A stretch of DNA of 64,000 bases from Lingula anatina (lineage: Eukaryota > Animalia > Brachiopoda): positions 33,362,401-33,426,400 of the forward strand of contig CM120641.1 in assembly GCA_051362555.1 (NCBI GenBank), in the 5' to 3' direction. Shown one piece after another: positions 51,288 to 64,000 of the stretch (position 1 is the first letter of the stretch; each line of letters begins with the position of its first letter). The notes beneath the pieces were generated by a model. It saw only the letters and a program-made list of their open reading frames with translations, ran no database searches and was not told the DNA's origin. Both the position numbers and the translations under genes were made by a program.

Positions 51288-54200
51288 CAATACACATATT
51301 TCCATAGAAAATTATGCAAAAAAGCACATCCCTGTAAATGTTATGAGCAACATACTTTCAAAGAAACTTACCAAAATACAACTATTCTCTCCTGAACACA
51401 TAACAATGGGTTTTAATTTCATATACTCATCATGGATTCCTTCACCATATAGGTTCATATAAGTGTGAATATTTTTTTTTCTCTCTGAGGACAAACTGAA
51501 CTAAAATATATTATCTCTTAGAGCTCATTCCAATAGAGGTCACCACTGTCCTGGGACTACTTTCACTAACTTCAGATCATCACTTCTCAGTAGTAAACTT
51601 CTAAGAATCCCAGGTGTTTCCTCAAATTTACAGAGTAAAGGAGGAGCCAAGTATGAAAGGAATACCAACTATATCTACCATCTCACCAATAGGTTGCTCA
51701 AATAGCTTACATACATACAATATCAGATACATCTTACAGACCTGCTGACTTCAAAGACTATCATAGTTTTAAGGCTGCAGAAATGAGAGAAGCTACAATA
51801 TAATCCCTGGAATTTCTGCAGAGAAATGGAATGACTCAACCTGTATTACTAGATCTGGTATTTTTTACAAAATTCTGCCAAGCATGGCATCCCCAGCACA
51901 TGTTTAGAAAATACAACTAATTTCAATTCTGTCATAGTGACCTTTTCTTTGAAAATTTTGTTCAAAGATCAAAGGCTGTGAAGGGTTTCAGAAGCACCAC
52001 TCAAACTTACTTTTACTGTTGCATATATTTTTGTCTTAGAAAATGTTCTGCCAACACTTCTCTCTTATTTTTCTTATATATTTTCTTTAACCTACAAGCA
52101 CTGCTGGTTTTGCCTTACCTGTTCTACCACAGTCATAGCAAATTTCTGGTGGGTTATACAGTGCTGTGCATTACACATATCTTCATTCTCATCCTGGGCT
52201 ATGTGTCTATGGATACGAGTCAGGATGTTCTCCTGTAAAATATCAACATGTAGAACTGTTAAATCACTGTATGAAAAACAAGACGAGATGTATATTTTAT
52301 TTATTTATGTCAATGAAGTAAAATGAACATGTAAAATAAAACAATTTTTTTTAGGCTGAAGTTTCATTTAAGTTACTTGGTGAGTAAAAACCATTGTGTA
52401 AACTTCATATTTTTCATTTAGAGTCAAGGGCTCTCTCATAAAACCTTTAATAAAACTTGGAACACAAAATACAAAATTAAATCAACTCTTTAACACCTAA
52501 TGACTGATAACTTGGGGACCATTCCCAGTCTCTATCATACTAACTGTGGATCAATCTATCTCCTAGGGGATTCTCACTAAATTGAATCGTTTAGCAGCTT
52601 CAGTAGGTGTGCCAGACATCTAAGCCACTTAAGCTGAAAGCAATTTAGAGAGAAACCCCTTACAGATGGATCGATCCTGTGGGATCGACCTAGGTATGGG
52701 AACCCAGTCTGAGGATAACTGAGAGCTCTAAATTTCAAGCCTGCTTATCATGATATTCTCCAAATAAGACTAGCCACTTCAACCCTACAAAAAATAGAAA
52801 CATAAGCAATCAGAATCCACTGGACTCCTTAATGGAAATAAACAAAATGCTAAAATGACCCATAACATAGCTATTCCCTGAGACTCTGCCTTGCTACTTC
52901 TATTCCCAGCATGGAATCTACTTGTCCATATCTCTCAGCAAGACATTCAGATAGTACACTTAGGGCAGAGTTGGTGGTCTTGCTTCTAGCTTTCAGGAAT
53001 ACTACATAGCTTGGACCCATGGTAGTACACTTTTTCAAGTTTTAACTAAATACCCAAAATGTATTATCCAAGTCCTAGCTTTATAGCAAAATTAAATACA
53101 ATTTGGAGACTGTTTGCAGAAATTGAAAAAAAAAAAAAAAAAAAAAGAATGAACTAAAAAACAGACAGACGGACATATAATTGAACAAACTACAAAACAT
53201 TTAAGCAAACAAAAAATAAATTTCATTAACCCAAACATATAATCTACATCTTAGCATCTCAGCATGATTTCAGAATTATGAGTTGGTTGGTGGTCTGACT
53301 TTTTGCTCTCAAACATTCTATCTAGTCACTACTAGCATGTAATGGGAGTAAAACAGCTGCAAGAGAGATCATTTTCTCTCTCACCTCTAAAAGAAAAAGT
53401 GCACCTTGCCCTCTAGGTTAACATCACAAACAATCAGCGTAACATCTTCACCGGCTAACGGATGTTTTTTTTCTTCTAGTTCAGAGCATTTTCTTTTTTT
53501 TTCTTTTTTAACCTTTTACACATGCAGAACATTTTAACGATCTGGTTTTTTTTTTTCCTTCACAGATGTGCAATCTGTTAACATCCAAGCTAGCAAATTT
53601 ATTGTCATTAATTCTTGGCATTAGATGAACCTAGATACTTCATTCATCCTCTAATGGGGAAATTTATGCTTTTCTCTGATTTCAACATAGATTGCATTCA
53701 AAATATATCAATTTTCGATTAAAGCACAACAAAACTAATGAATACACCAGAAATGGTAAAAATAAACTACTGCCTTCACCATCAACAACTCACAAATTTT
53801 AACTTCTCGAAAAATTTTGAACCTTTTTACTGAGATATCCAAACATTAAACACTTTATTGCTGGCTATTTGACCCCACCCCTCATCAATGTCTGCCTATG
53901 GCAGCCGTTCTCCAGCCTTCTGCCACTCAACGTCTCATCATCAGCTGTTTACACGCTATTACACTAGAAATTAATATGATCAGCATCTGGTTAGCTAACA
54001 CATAAATTCCTCATCAATGTCTTACAGCACTCCACGTGTCTGAGGGAATTACTGAAGAACAGGTAATGATGTCTTCATTGAGAGATTAAGGAGAGAGTCT
54101 GTGGCTCTCTTTTTTTATGTTGTTTCCTTATCTCAGTCCACTTCTGTGAGAGAGAGAGAGAGAGAGAGATGGGTCTAATAAAACAGTTGCAATAATGAGA

Positions 54201-57200
54201 TCAGTTATTTTAGAGATCAGAGTACCAGGCGCCCTCAGCTACTGAGTCGTCCGCACTCAACTTGGTACCAGCATGACTGGTGAATAAATATGCCACTCAT
54301 CCTAGGTGTGTAGTTGTTATGCTACATAACACCATACTGACACATGAGATACCATCAATGTTTTTGGTTTGTAATGCATATGCTGGTCACTGTTGACTAT
54401 AGGGCTGTCAGAATTGTCTGTTCACCTGACAGGCTCAGTACCAGAACTGCAGCTTTGCTGAGGCATCCTCACCTGGAACCCTAGATCTTTATATTGAGCT
54501 TGGTCTAGGGGAGTGGTTCAATCCCCCCCCCCCCCCCCCATACCCCTAAAGCACTGATTTCATTTTCATCCAACATGGCTACTCAAAGTATGTGGCAGGT
54601 GTTCTATCTCTGTTTGCTCTCAAACTGTCTTATTACGTGGCATTAATCCGGCAATGTATTTTAAATACAACAAAACAAGAAACTGAACTGTAAGATTACG
54701 CAAGGCATATAGACATTAAAGCAATTATGGTGTGCCAAAGCTTCCTGAAAATAGTATTGAATCGATACTGTCAGGAAGACTTAAAAAACAGTTTTCTAGT
54801 ACCTTGCTTTACGTGAATAAACTAGGCTCATATACAATTAATGTAGAAAAATTGCAGACTGAATGTTTTTCTGTTACCAAGGCAACAATGAAGCCTAATA
54901 AATCTCAGATTTCCCTCAAATTATCACACAATGCAAAAAAAGATTGAACCACAAAGAAAAAAAAAACACAATATTCCATCTGCTGGGTTTCAGATTAACA
55001 TTGTTTTCTATTTTTATTTGACATTATCACCCTAAAACACAGATTGTTTTGATCCACCAAAAGTGAAGTTTGACACTGACATTTTTTCAAATATTTCTTA
55101 ATATTGTTAGACTTTCATGTGACCTGATCTCTAACGCAGCTCAAGTTTCAGTTATTTTTACTGAAACACTGAAACAGCGTGGATGGAATAACCCCAATGC
55201 AGCAGAAAATTGACATTTACAAAATCAGATCTCATTTGTCACAGAAAATCCCCCAGTGTCCAATATTAAACTAACCATGATAGGCCGAAAGTGCCAGTCT
55301 TAAAACTACAGAAAAAAAATCACCAGAAATAAAAGCAAGGCTGTCACATGATAGATGTTTTTCTAGCCAAAAGCTTTCTTTATCCTGTCATCTCTTTTTG
55401 ACAATTTTTCTACACGAAACCTTTAAAAACTTTTTTGATATGCATACAAGTTCGTACTACATACATGTTACATAGATGTCTATCAGTAATGGGACAGCTA
55501 CACCGATCCTGACGAGAGATTGGAACTAATGGGCAAATAAAGCAGATCAAACCTGCTGATACCAAACAGGACAAACAACTGGCAGCTGTGATTTACCTGC
55601 CCTGATAACCAAATTGCATGCTCCTCTTTCATATCTGGACATATTAACTGAATAAACAACAGTTAAAAACAACTTTGTTTATGAAGAACCATGCCGAAAA
55701 GTGGCAAAGATTTACAGCATTTTTTTTTTTTTTTTTTTTTTTTGCATTTGATTTAGACAACAAAAGCCTTTTGCTTGCTCCTTATATAAAGAAGTATAGA
55801 CAATTCTGATATAACGTTGTTTTGTAGCAACAATAAATCCTTATTCATATCAGCTATAATCACTCAACCTGACAGACAACAACAGGCAACTTGATAACAC
55901 CTGGTGAAGTACGATTCTAGAACTATTCCGATAACAAGTCATACTACAGCAATGATTGACAAGCACATTACTGTAAACACCTCATTTTATACAACACCTT
56001 TACCATCAAGTTAGCATAATAAACCAGCAGAGATCAATGATTTACATCATCATTTATGTAAGGTAGATTAACAAATTGATCAATTCATGTCGGGCAATCT
56101 GTAACATGACAGATCAAGATAGACGGGGCTTTGAAAATTTCCGGCATTTGTCATTAGATTTTGATCCTTTTACCTCAACACAATAAATACATCAAAGGCA
56201 TCATTAAATTTATCAACATGTCTCAGTCTGTGAAAGACAATGTTACAAAAACAGAGATTTAATGCCACAAAATGCAATGTGCAACAACTTACGAAGCACT
56301 CTGCAGCATCATCCATGTGACCTAGCTGAAACCTCTGCTCATTGGAGAAGTTCTGTGCCAGCGCCTTCCTCAGTGCATCAGGTGGCAACGCCGACTGGTC
56401 GCTATACTGGAACTGTGTGAATATCACCTGGAAGATAAATTGTTATAATTGACAGAATGAACTTTACTTGTAACATGAAACAACAAACCTGACTATGTGA
56501 TGGCTTCTGGTATAAGAGTAAGGAGACTGTTGTTATTTTCTAACAACTCCTTGAAGATTGGTTCTAACTTCTAACAGAAAAATTTCAGCCATCACTAACA
56601 CTATCTTCTTATCCACAGCCAATTTCTGGTCTGATAACTTCCTAATCTATAAATTTAATTCAGCAACCTAGAAAAAAGAACCACAGTCTACTGACTTAGA
56701 CACCATTGAAGACTGTGCATTAACCACAAATGTTATAAATATTCTGGTAATTAATTAATGGGGAATCCACTGGTTTACTTGTTGCTAAGTAGGAGCAAAT
56801 GGCCCCCAAGGTTTAACAGAGGTAAAGATAGTAAAATGGGATATACGAAATCCATTCCAAAGCTTCCTTCCATAATTAGTGAACACTTTGTAACTTTCAA
56901 TTCAGTTCAACAGGCCTACATCCCTTCTTCTTTTTTAAAAATCTAATGCAATGTTTAATGCTGGTACAGACAGTACATACATTATATGCATTCAAGAAGT
57001 GTATTTTTTACTCTATGTAACTTATTAGTATTTCACATGTGTTAATCCACATGGAGTAAGCAATTTTCATGTCAAATATAACCTTGTGGCAAAAAAACAT
57101 CTATCATGTCTTTGACTTAAAGACTTATCAGGCCTATATGTGTGAATTTATTTTCTTAAAGATACAATTAGTCTTATTCTATTCAAGAATTGATTCATCT

Positions 57201-60200
57201 GAATTTTCAGAATATATTCTATTAAAATCTTATTAAGTATGCCCTTCAGAACACTGCAACAGTCATAGTGCACTGAACCCCAAGGATTCTTTCTTCTTGA
57301 AGGCAAAACCTGTCATAAAATATTCAAGTGCTCTTTTTATCTTTCAAAAGGCTATACTTATAGTTTTAATATTAATCATAGTCACACTTGTCACTGTCAA
57401 CCCTATGACAGGTAAGTTATTTAATGTATGCTTAGAGCCTAAAAAGAAAAGTTGGGAAGGGTGTTTTGGAATGTGGAGGAAATCCTTGTTCTTTTTAACC
57501 ATCACTATAAGACCTATTTCAAGTTTTCTAACTAAGAATATACTAAATATGAACTGTAAACGAAGGCAAACATTACACTTCAACTGAAATAAATACCAAA
57601 TCAAATACTGATATCATAAAGAAAAAACAATTCTTTCACATTTTAAAGCAAAACAACAAACCTGCTGCATTTGCCAGCTATCATAAATACACCTGTGTTT
57701 TCCAACATCTTTTCTCAAATTAACTTTTCTTCCTTTTTAGATCACATCATTTTTTCAACCACATGGTCAAATATGAAATATATATCGGACATGAAATAAA
57801 ACTACCACTTGTCCCTTAATTACATCAAATTAGATCCCTTTAAAACCCCAAATGGTGGACAAGACGCTGCTTCCTTACCTTAGCCATTGTCCAAACACCA
57901 CTCCACAGGCCAGTGAACACGAGTGGGCAAGCCACAAAACTACACAGAGGATAGAACACCACAAATATGTGGGGGATGGTGGCACTGATAACTATATCAC
58001 AATGACTACTGTGGCCATGTTACAGAGTAAAACATGTGGGCTTGGCTTGTATTATTACATCAAAGTTATTGTGTCCGGGTTTTTTTTTTCTCATGTGATG
58101 GTATGTGTGTTCAAAGGGGACGTATGAAGGCAGGTTTTGAGAGTTGGTAGGAAGTAAAATGATACAACAATACCTGCTACTGTTGCACTAGCTTCAGATT
58201 CAAATTTTGAATTGATATATATATATTTACTGATAAATTGTGATAATAAAATCATAAACACAGATCAGGATGGGGCCTAGTAATGACTCGTGCCACAGCC
58301 AATGATGACTGTCAGGGGAGATGATAAAATTAATTGTTTTACTCATTCCAATCTTTATAATAAATATTTGGCATGGTATTCAAATGTATTCTTTTCAGAT
58401 GAAATAATTCGATAATTATGAAACAACTGTGAAAAAAAAAAGCAAGAAAACAGTAAACTTATTATATTTTATTCCAAATCAGAATTTATTAAGCATATGA
58501 TTAAATTTTACTATGCTTGAGTGAGAATGTATTTTCAGTCCTTATTTTCTGATACAGACATTTTTACATCATAAGAAAAGGAGGGGAATGTTTGGACAGG
58601 TTTAACAAAAGAGGTTGTCTTGAACTCATTACACTGGGGACATATGTACCTGACATAACCACATTTGACTTCTATAAATTTGCATTTAGTACTGCCAAGT
58701 GCCAAATGATTTCTTCAGCTTCCATATTATCTACATACTATACAAGGTAAGGAGTGGTAGCTATACTTATTACCCGCTTGCACAGACAGAATTAAATGGG
58801 ATTCAAATACTATGTGCAACTGCCCAGCTTTGGTCAAATTTTAATTTAATTTCGTACTTTCTTATCCACATTGCACAGAGGAAAAAATAATCTTTTTGAA
58901 TGGAGGTAAAAAAACAAACCCTTGGTACAGCTTCATCAAGCTAAGATAAGAATACAGAGAGGTCTGTGCACTCTATAGCCACCCTTCCCAAACAACATGT
59001 TCACAAACTTGAGAACATTAGAACACATAAACATGTCACAGTTTTTACTATCATACTTAGCAATCCTGACAAAAGTCACACACATCCACATGGGATCTTA
59101 CATTGTAAAAAGATTGCATATGTAATAAATAGCACACATCTTACCTTCAAAGCACAGAAAATGCACGAGTTTCCCATGCATGCATGTCCCGTCAGCATCC
59201 TGAAGTTACGACGGAATACGTCCAGATGCCACAAAACCTGCAAAAGAAAAAAATTGAAATAATAAAAATGTCTTCATTCAGAGTATGAAACAAAGTCCAT
59301 TACTACATATCTGCATGCTAAGATAAAAATCTAAAACCTGTGGGTAATGAAAAATTTGATTCAAAGTTCAATGTTGTGTGAAATAGAAATTTGAAATTTA
59401 ATTCCCATTTCTCTGTATATACATAGCTGAAATAAAATGGATATGATGTTTTTAAACATCATTTCCTTGTAGATCCACCTAAAAATCAGAAAAGCTAAAA
59501 CTCATAAACTGCTACTTCAAACTTATGCCATGAGCATCAATTTACTCAACCTCAAAGAATACTACACTTATACTAGCAAAGTAACCACTATACGCAGCAA
59601 GTGTCTGCATTAAAACAAATCTATTGAATTCTCTTCATTACCCCTGTATTGAAACAAAGTGGTCTTATTGCAGATGTAACCTCTTCCAATCTTAAGCTGA
59701 CTTCCTGTAAAAATCTTGCCCCAAGTCTGTTGTCGAAAAGCTCGAATATAAAAGCTTTACTGTATATTTTGTGGAAGTTAGTAATCCATCAAACAGCATG
59801 GTATCAAACCTTTTTTAGACTACAAAGGTGAGTGTGCTGCCCACAAGCGCAGTGACAACCACAATAAAACTTGGTTTATGTACATTATTGTAATTTTCCC
59901 GTCTGCCTAGGAGCAGGCCATCATCTGTCTTGACATAGAACAAGTATTCTGTTAACAATCCTAATTGAATGTTTTATCTGCCTCAAAGCTTTATGCCATA
60001 TGCTGATATAAAAAAGGTTAAAATGAATTTTCAACTGTTCTGCCTAAGGAAAACTTTTTGACGTGTCACATGGTATGGTCTACTGAATAAGGGAGATTAA
60101 ACTATTTTTTATTTACCATTTTATTGCCCTAGAGAAACGGTGCTGTTGTCATGACATGGACCAAGGTGTTGGAATTCTACACACATGCACGTGTAATTAC

Positions 60201-63200
60201 CATTTTTATTCACAGAGGAAGATGTCATGAAACAGAGCACACTATTTTGGCTATAAAAATATATGTCCTACGGCTATTTACCTTTACAAATTAACAACTA
60301 GCTTGTTGGTAAATGCATTATAAATCAAAGATTTTTATTGCTTACCTATAAATATTTACCATGAAACTATAAATAATCTGCCCCCCCCCCCCCCCCCCAA
60401 TTTTCCTGTCTAGCTTTTGTGAATTCATATTTGAATTTTAGCATGATTTTTAGCTACTGGTGTATTTTGAAAGTAGTTTTTTGTTGTTTATAATGTGGTA
60501 GAAATTATCTTAGGTTTACAGCAGTTGTTGCCAAAGCATTATATCACGCTTCTTTATCATGTGGCTAAAAGCTTTCAGACAGATACATTTTTTAACCAAA
60601 TCAAAATTTATCTAGCAAACTAATGACAGCAGCTGTAATCTTTTCACTGCTTCTGCCAGAAAAAAAAACTTTTCTATCATGAAAATTGACTTTAAAGGAA
60701 GCAGTCCAATTTACTGTTATGCAATTTGCTAATAGGTCCAAATTTCAATATCCTGGAGTGGAGCCTTCCCTGGCTCATCCCAGTAACACTTTCAATGTGT
60801 ACCTTTACACCTGTGTTGATATGTTTCTTATGGTCAGATAACTCTGTCCAGCTGGTCAAGATGAAATGGACAAGACAGCTGGTTAGTTTTATACCTGACC
60901 TTCAAGTTGATTAGTGACCAGGTGATATTTAACAGGCCCCTGATAGATATAATTTACTATTGGCAACTATCCAAAATAACCTAGAAACTCAAATCTTGGA
61001 AAAGTGTAATTTTGAAACAGGTGTGAATCTTTTGGTTTGCAATGAAATTTATTAACTTTTAGTTTCATCATACTTTTTTTTATCATAATTCAAAATTTTC
61101 AGCACTAAGCTATGAGAGGGAATCTTCCCCTTAAAACATGATTCAGGAAGGATTTAATAACACTAGGGCAGCCAAATGAGACTGTGCATTGCCAGATAGA
61201 ACCAATACCTTCTTGTATTCCATCACAAAAAACCCTAAACAAACACTTCTGGCTTTTTTTTGTGGTTATGATGTTCAGAGATCTATTTAATGATGTCTGG
61301 GTCTAGTTATCTTTGACTGGAATCACTATTTATGCAGCAGTGAATATAATCTACCTGTCCTCTTGTATTGTGTTTAACAAATTAGACACCATTTTTAGCT
61401 TCCGTAAGTCTTTACACTTGCAAAAACTTGCCAAGCTTTTGATATTATGCTTTTTTAATGTGTTTATACAGGTAATAAAGCTTTTTAATATTCTAAGGTA
61501 AAGGGAATTCTACTGCATCCTTTGCACCTGACAATCATCACAATACTTTCAACGAAAAAGATGTTTTAAAGTAGCAATGCCACGTAGCTCTCATTCTTCG
61601 TTTCACAAAACTCTGTTTTGCAATTTTACACAGGTAATTATATTGAAAATATTGACTTCAGAATTTTTTTTTAGAATAGTCCCTAGTTCTCATAACAAAC
61701 CCCAGCCTAACTCTATATCAGTACCCAAGGGCTACCCTCTACCAGGGCCACAAATCCATCTTTCACTAGATATTCACAGATGTCCCTGGTTAAATTCGGG
61801 GTTATTCTATGTACTGTGCCTCAGTGATAATGTCCACATAAAAATAACGGCAGCCCTGGAAGAGGATATCCAGGGCCTAGAATTCAAACGGCACTGAAAA
61901 GGTCCCCCATGCCCAAGAGCTAGTTGACCTGAAGTCAGGAGCCTTGAACTACGGATAGAAAAACTGGTAAAATGTTCCCCTGGATCCAATTGAGCCACAT
62001 CTAATACCTGTATTATTTGGGGCGGTGACATTTATCATCTGGAATCCTTTGTTAAAAAAAATATCTGGAATAACATGCCCTTGATGCCATTGTCAATACG
62101 TAAACTTAGCTATATACTTTTAAAAAAAAGTCTTATCACTTCTTTTTTTGGGTACGTGTAGCTTTGTTTTCTTTACCCAAAAATGTCTCTTATTTAAGGT
62201 CTATCTGTTAAGAAAGGCAGTATTAACTACTGGTTTAGACATTAAACAACCTGACTGCATGATGCCTTGGTTAAAGTTTTTGCAAGGTCAGACAACTGAT
62301 GTAAACAGCCATGTGCTACCTGACACCCGACTTTGTATTGTAAATCATTAAACAGCCTGTATGTGTTATCACTACCCTGGTGACTTGTCAATGCCATTGG
62401 GAATTCTTTGTATATAATTTTTTATATCAACTTAACAACCCATCTCTCAATATCATTAAAATTAGATTACTTTAAAACTGCTTTCTTGGTCAGTCTTAGC
62501 AATTCAAATGTAAATGTGGGTACTTACTTATCCATTACAGAACTGTATATATATGTATTATTTTGTATATATCATAATCATATGTCATCACTTCTCTTCC
62601 CATATCTTCATTTAAAAATTACTTTTAGTGTTATATGACAATGACCCATTTATAACCATTACAAAGGCAGATCTCCCCCCCCCCCCTCTAATGTCTATCC
62701 CCTGGAGATGTCACCTGAGGCTGCCCTGGCAAGATGCCAAAGACATACCTCTCTCTCTTTCTCTCCCTCTACCTGGGCTGTCACCTGAATAGATATAGAA
62801 TGACAGGTCAAACTTGAAAGCCTTCAAATACAGTGCTTACCAGCTCCTGTATTAAAAGAAATAGATTTTAGTCATAATTCTATGGGGGCTCACTAAGGCT
62901 TATCCAGGTGAAAAATTCCACTAATTTAGCTCAGCAGTGGTGTGTCCTGAAAACCATTGCTGGATATACATAGAATTAACTGTGTTAAAACTTACCTGAC
63001 TGTCAACAAAGCATTTCTATTTTAGAATCATCTGATTTCACTATTGTACTTTGGAAAAGAAAATGCTCTCAGTCTAAACTGCTGTCAATTTGAGTGTTAT
63101 TTACAGCTTTCTACTATTGAAATGTTTGTTAAAAGATCAAATTATCAAAAGTTTTCTTTTATTTTATAGAGCTGTCTTTAATCTTCGCAGAGGCCCTCGA

Positions 63201-64000
63201 ACCAATACATGACAACCCCCAGGCTCCTTATCTGAATTTCTCTCCTTATCGCTAATTTCAGCTTCGATAACTGTAATCCCCTGCCCAATATTTCTTCCCA
63301 ACAACTCCCACAGCTTAAATCTGACAGCAGACAGACAAATGACGTCTTCATGTGACTGTTACCGATGAGAGTCATTCAGTCCCTGTCATGGTTCCCGAAT
63401 CAGTTCTCAAGCCTTTCAAATCCTGCTGTGTCACAGTTGACGAGAAAACAAAGGTTTTTCTTGTTTTCCAGCAGGAGACTTGTTCTCAACACTGTGTTCA
63501 CTTGTACCTAGTAGTGTCTTTTCACTTTGTAAACCCCATGTAGTTGTTCTACTGAATGTAATACAGTGGTCTGTCAGAACCTACTATACATAACTGTCAA
63601 TCCCTCATTCTCATATCTCATTCCCTTCATCTCGTATATTATTTACATTATATTCTAGGGGAAACTTTCTGCTCAATTTGAGTAAAATGTAGGAAAAGGA
63701 TGATCAACATTATAAAATAAATGAAATTGTGTACAGCTATATCACAATAATGTAATGCTTAAAGTTAAGAGGCCTTTGAAGAGTCCTACAGCTCTTCAGC
63801 CTGAGAAAATGCCAGATAATCAAGATTTGTGAAATGTGTTAGCTGTCCCACTGTGTAAGTGATAGTTTCAAAACCTCACTCACCTGAACGGCACTATTCA
63901 GGAAGCAGTTGTTCTCTCCAGGCCCATTCAATAATCCTTTCGAATTGGTAATCGACATGCTCATGCGTGAGCTTGGGCTCCATACAGTCTCTGGTGGTCC
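41127..64000 (-). CDS. USP54: Ubiquitin-specific peptidase USP53/USP54 (echinus-like), 5'-truncated by the window
   Basis: Exons include >64000-63884 ([19 protein letters not shown], Cys box), 59237-59145 ([13 protein letters not shown]...CIFCALK), 56427-56293 ([10 protein letters not shown]...[13 protein letters not shown]), 52232-52119, 51208-51126, ~49231-49120, ~47649-47315 ([13 protein letters not shown]...YFDDA), large low-complexity exons ~46949-45354 and 43967-42328, then 42087-42059 and 41828-41127. Confidence 0.92.
51063..51101. repeat. (CA)n microsatellite
   Basis: Direct reading; in a USP54 intron. Confidence 0.9.
52514..52710. mobile_element. MITE copy in a USP54 intron
   Basis: Ends gggaccattccc...gggaacccagtc are the reverse complements of the ends of 21602-21796. 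Confidence 0.6.

Noticed and set aside
59240-63880. Short ORFs in the long USP54 introns
   Set aside because: AT-rich, with no recognisable domains or consistent exon structure.

Overview
AT-rich, intron-rich animal genomic DNA; an invertebrate, possibly a mollusc or other lophotrochozoan (inference). There are no prokaryotic features. Five spliced genes were traced by hand, from left to right. (1) An unrecognised minus-strand gene with constant exons at 13.7-11.1 kb, followed by an array of alternative 3'-terminal exon cassettes running to the left edge; most encode related basic helical 'K(Y/F)R..KY..HKK.DRLR' tails. (2) CFAP96/C4orf47 (minus), with a tandem-duplicated, probably mutually exclusive 76-nt exon pair. 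(3) MRE11 (plus), head-to-head with CFAP96. (4) An FNIP1/2 orthologue (plus). (5) USP53/54/echinus (minus, 5' end beyond the window). A MITE family and intronic composite repeats are also present. The main discovery concerns gene 1. Just inside the intron after its last constant exon are two copies of a 20-nt element (transcript sense UGUCACACCUAACACACUG). Near-perfect reverse complements of it lie 85-470 nt upstream of the acceptors of the distal alternative last exons. This looks like a Dscam-style docking-site/selector competing RNA-pairing system that chooses among alternative C-termini of a putative nuclear regulator with lola/mod(mdg4)-like architecture. All exon calls were read by eye from GT-AG signals and phase compatibility; no transcript data or database searches were available.
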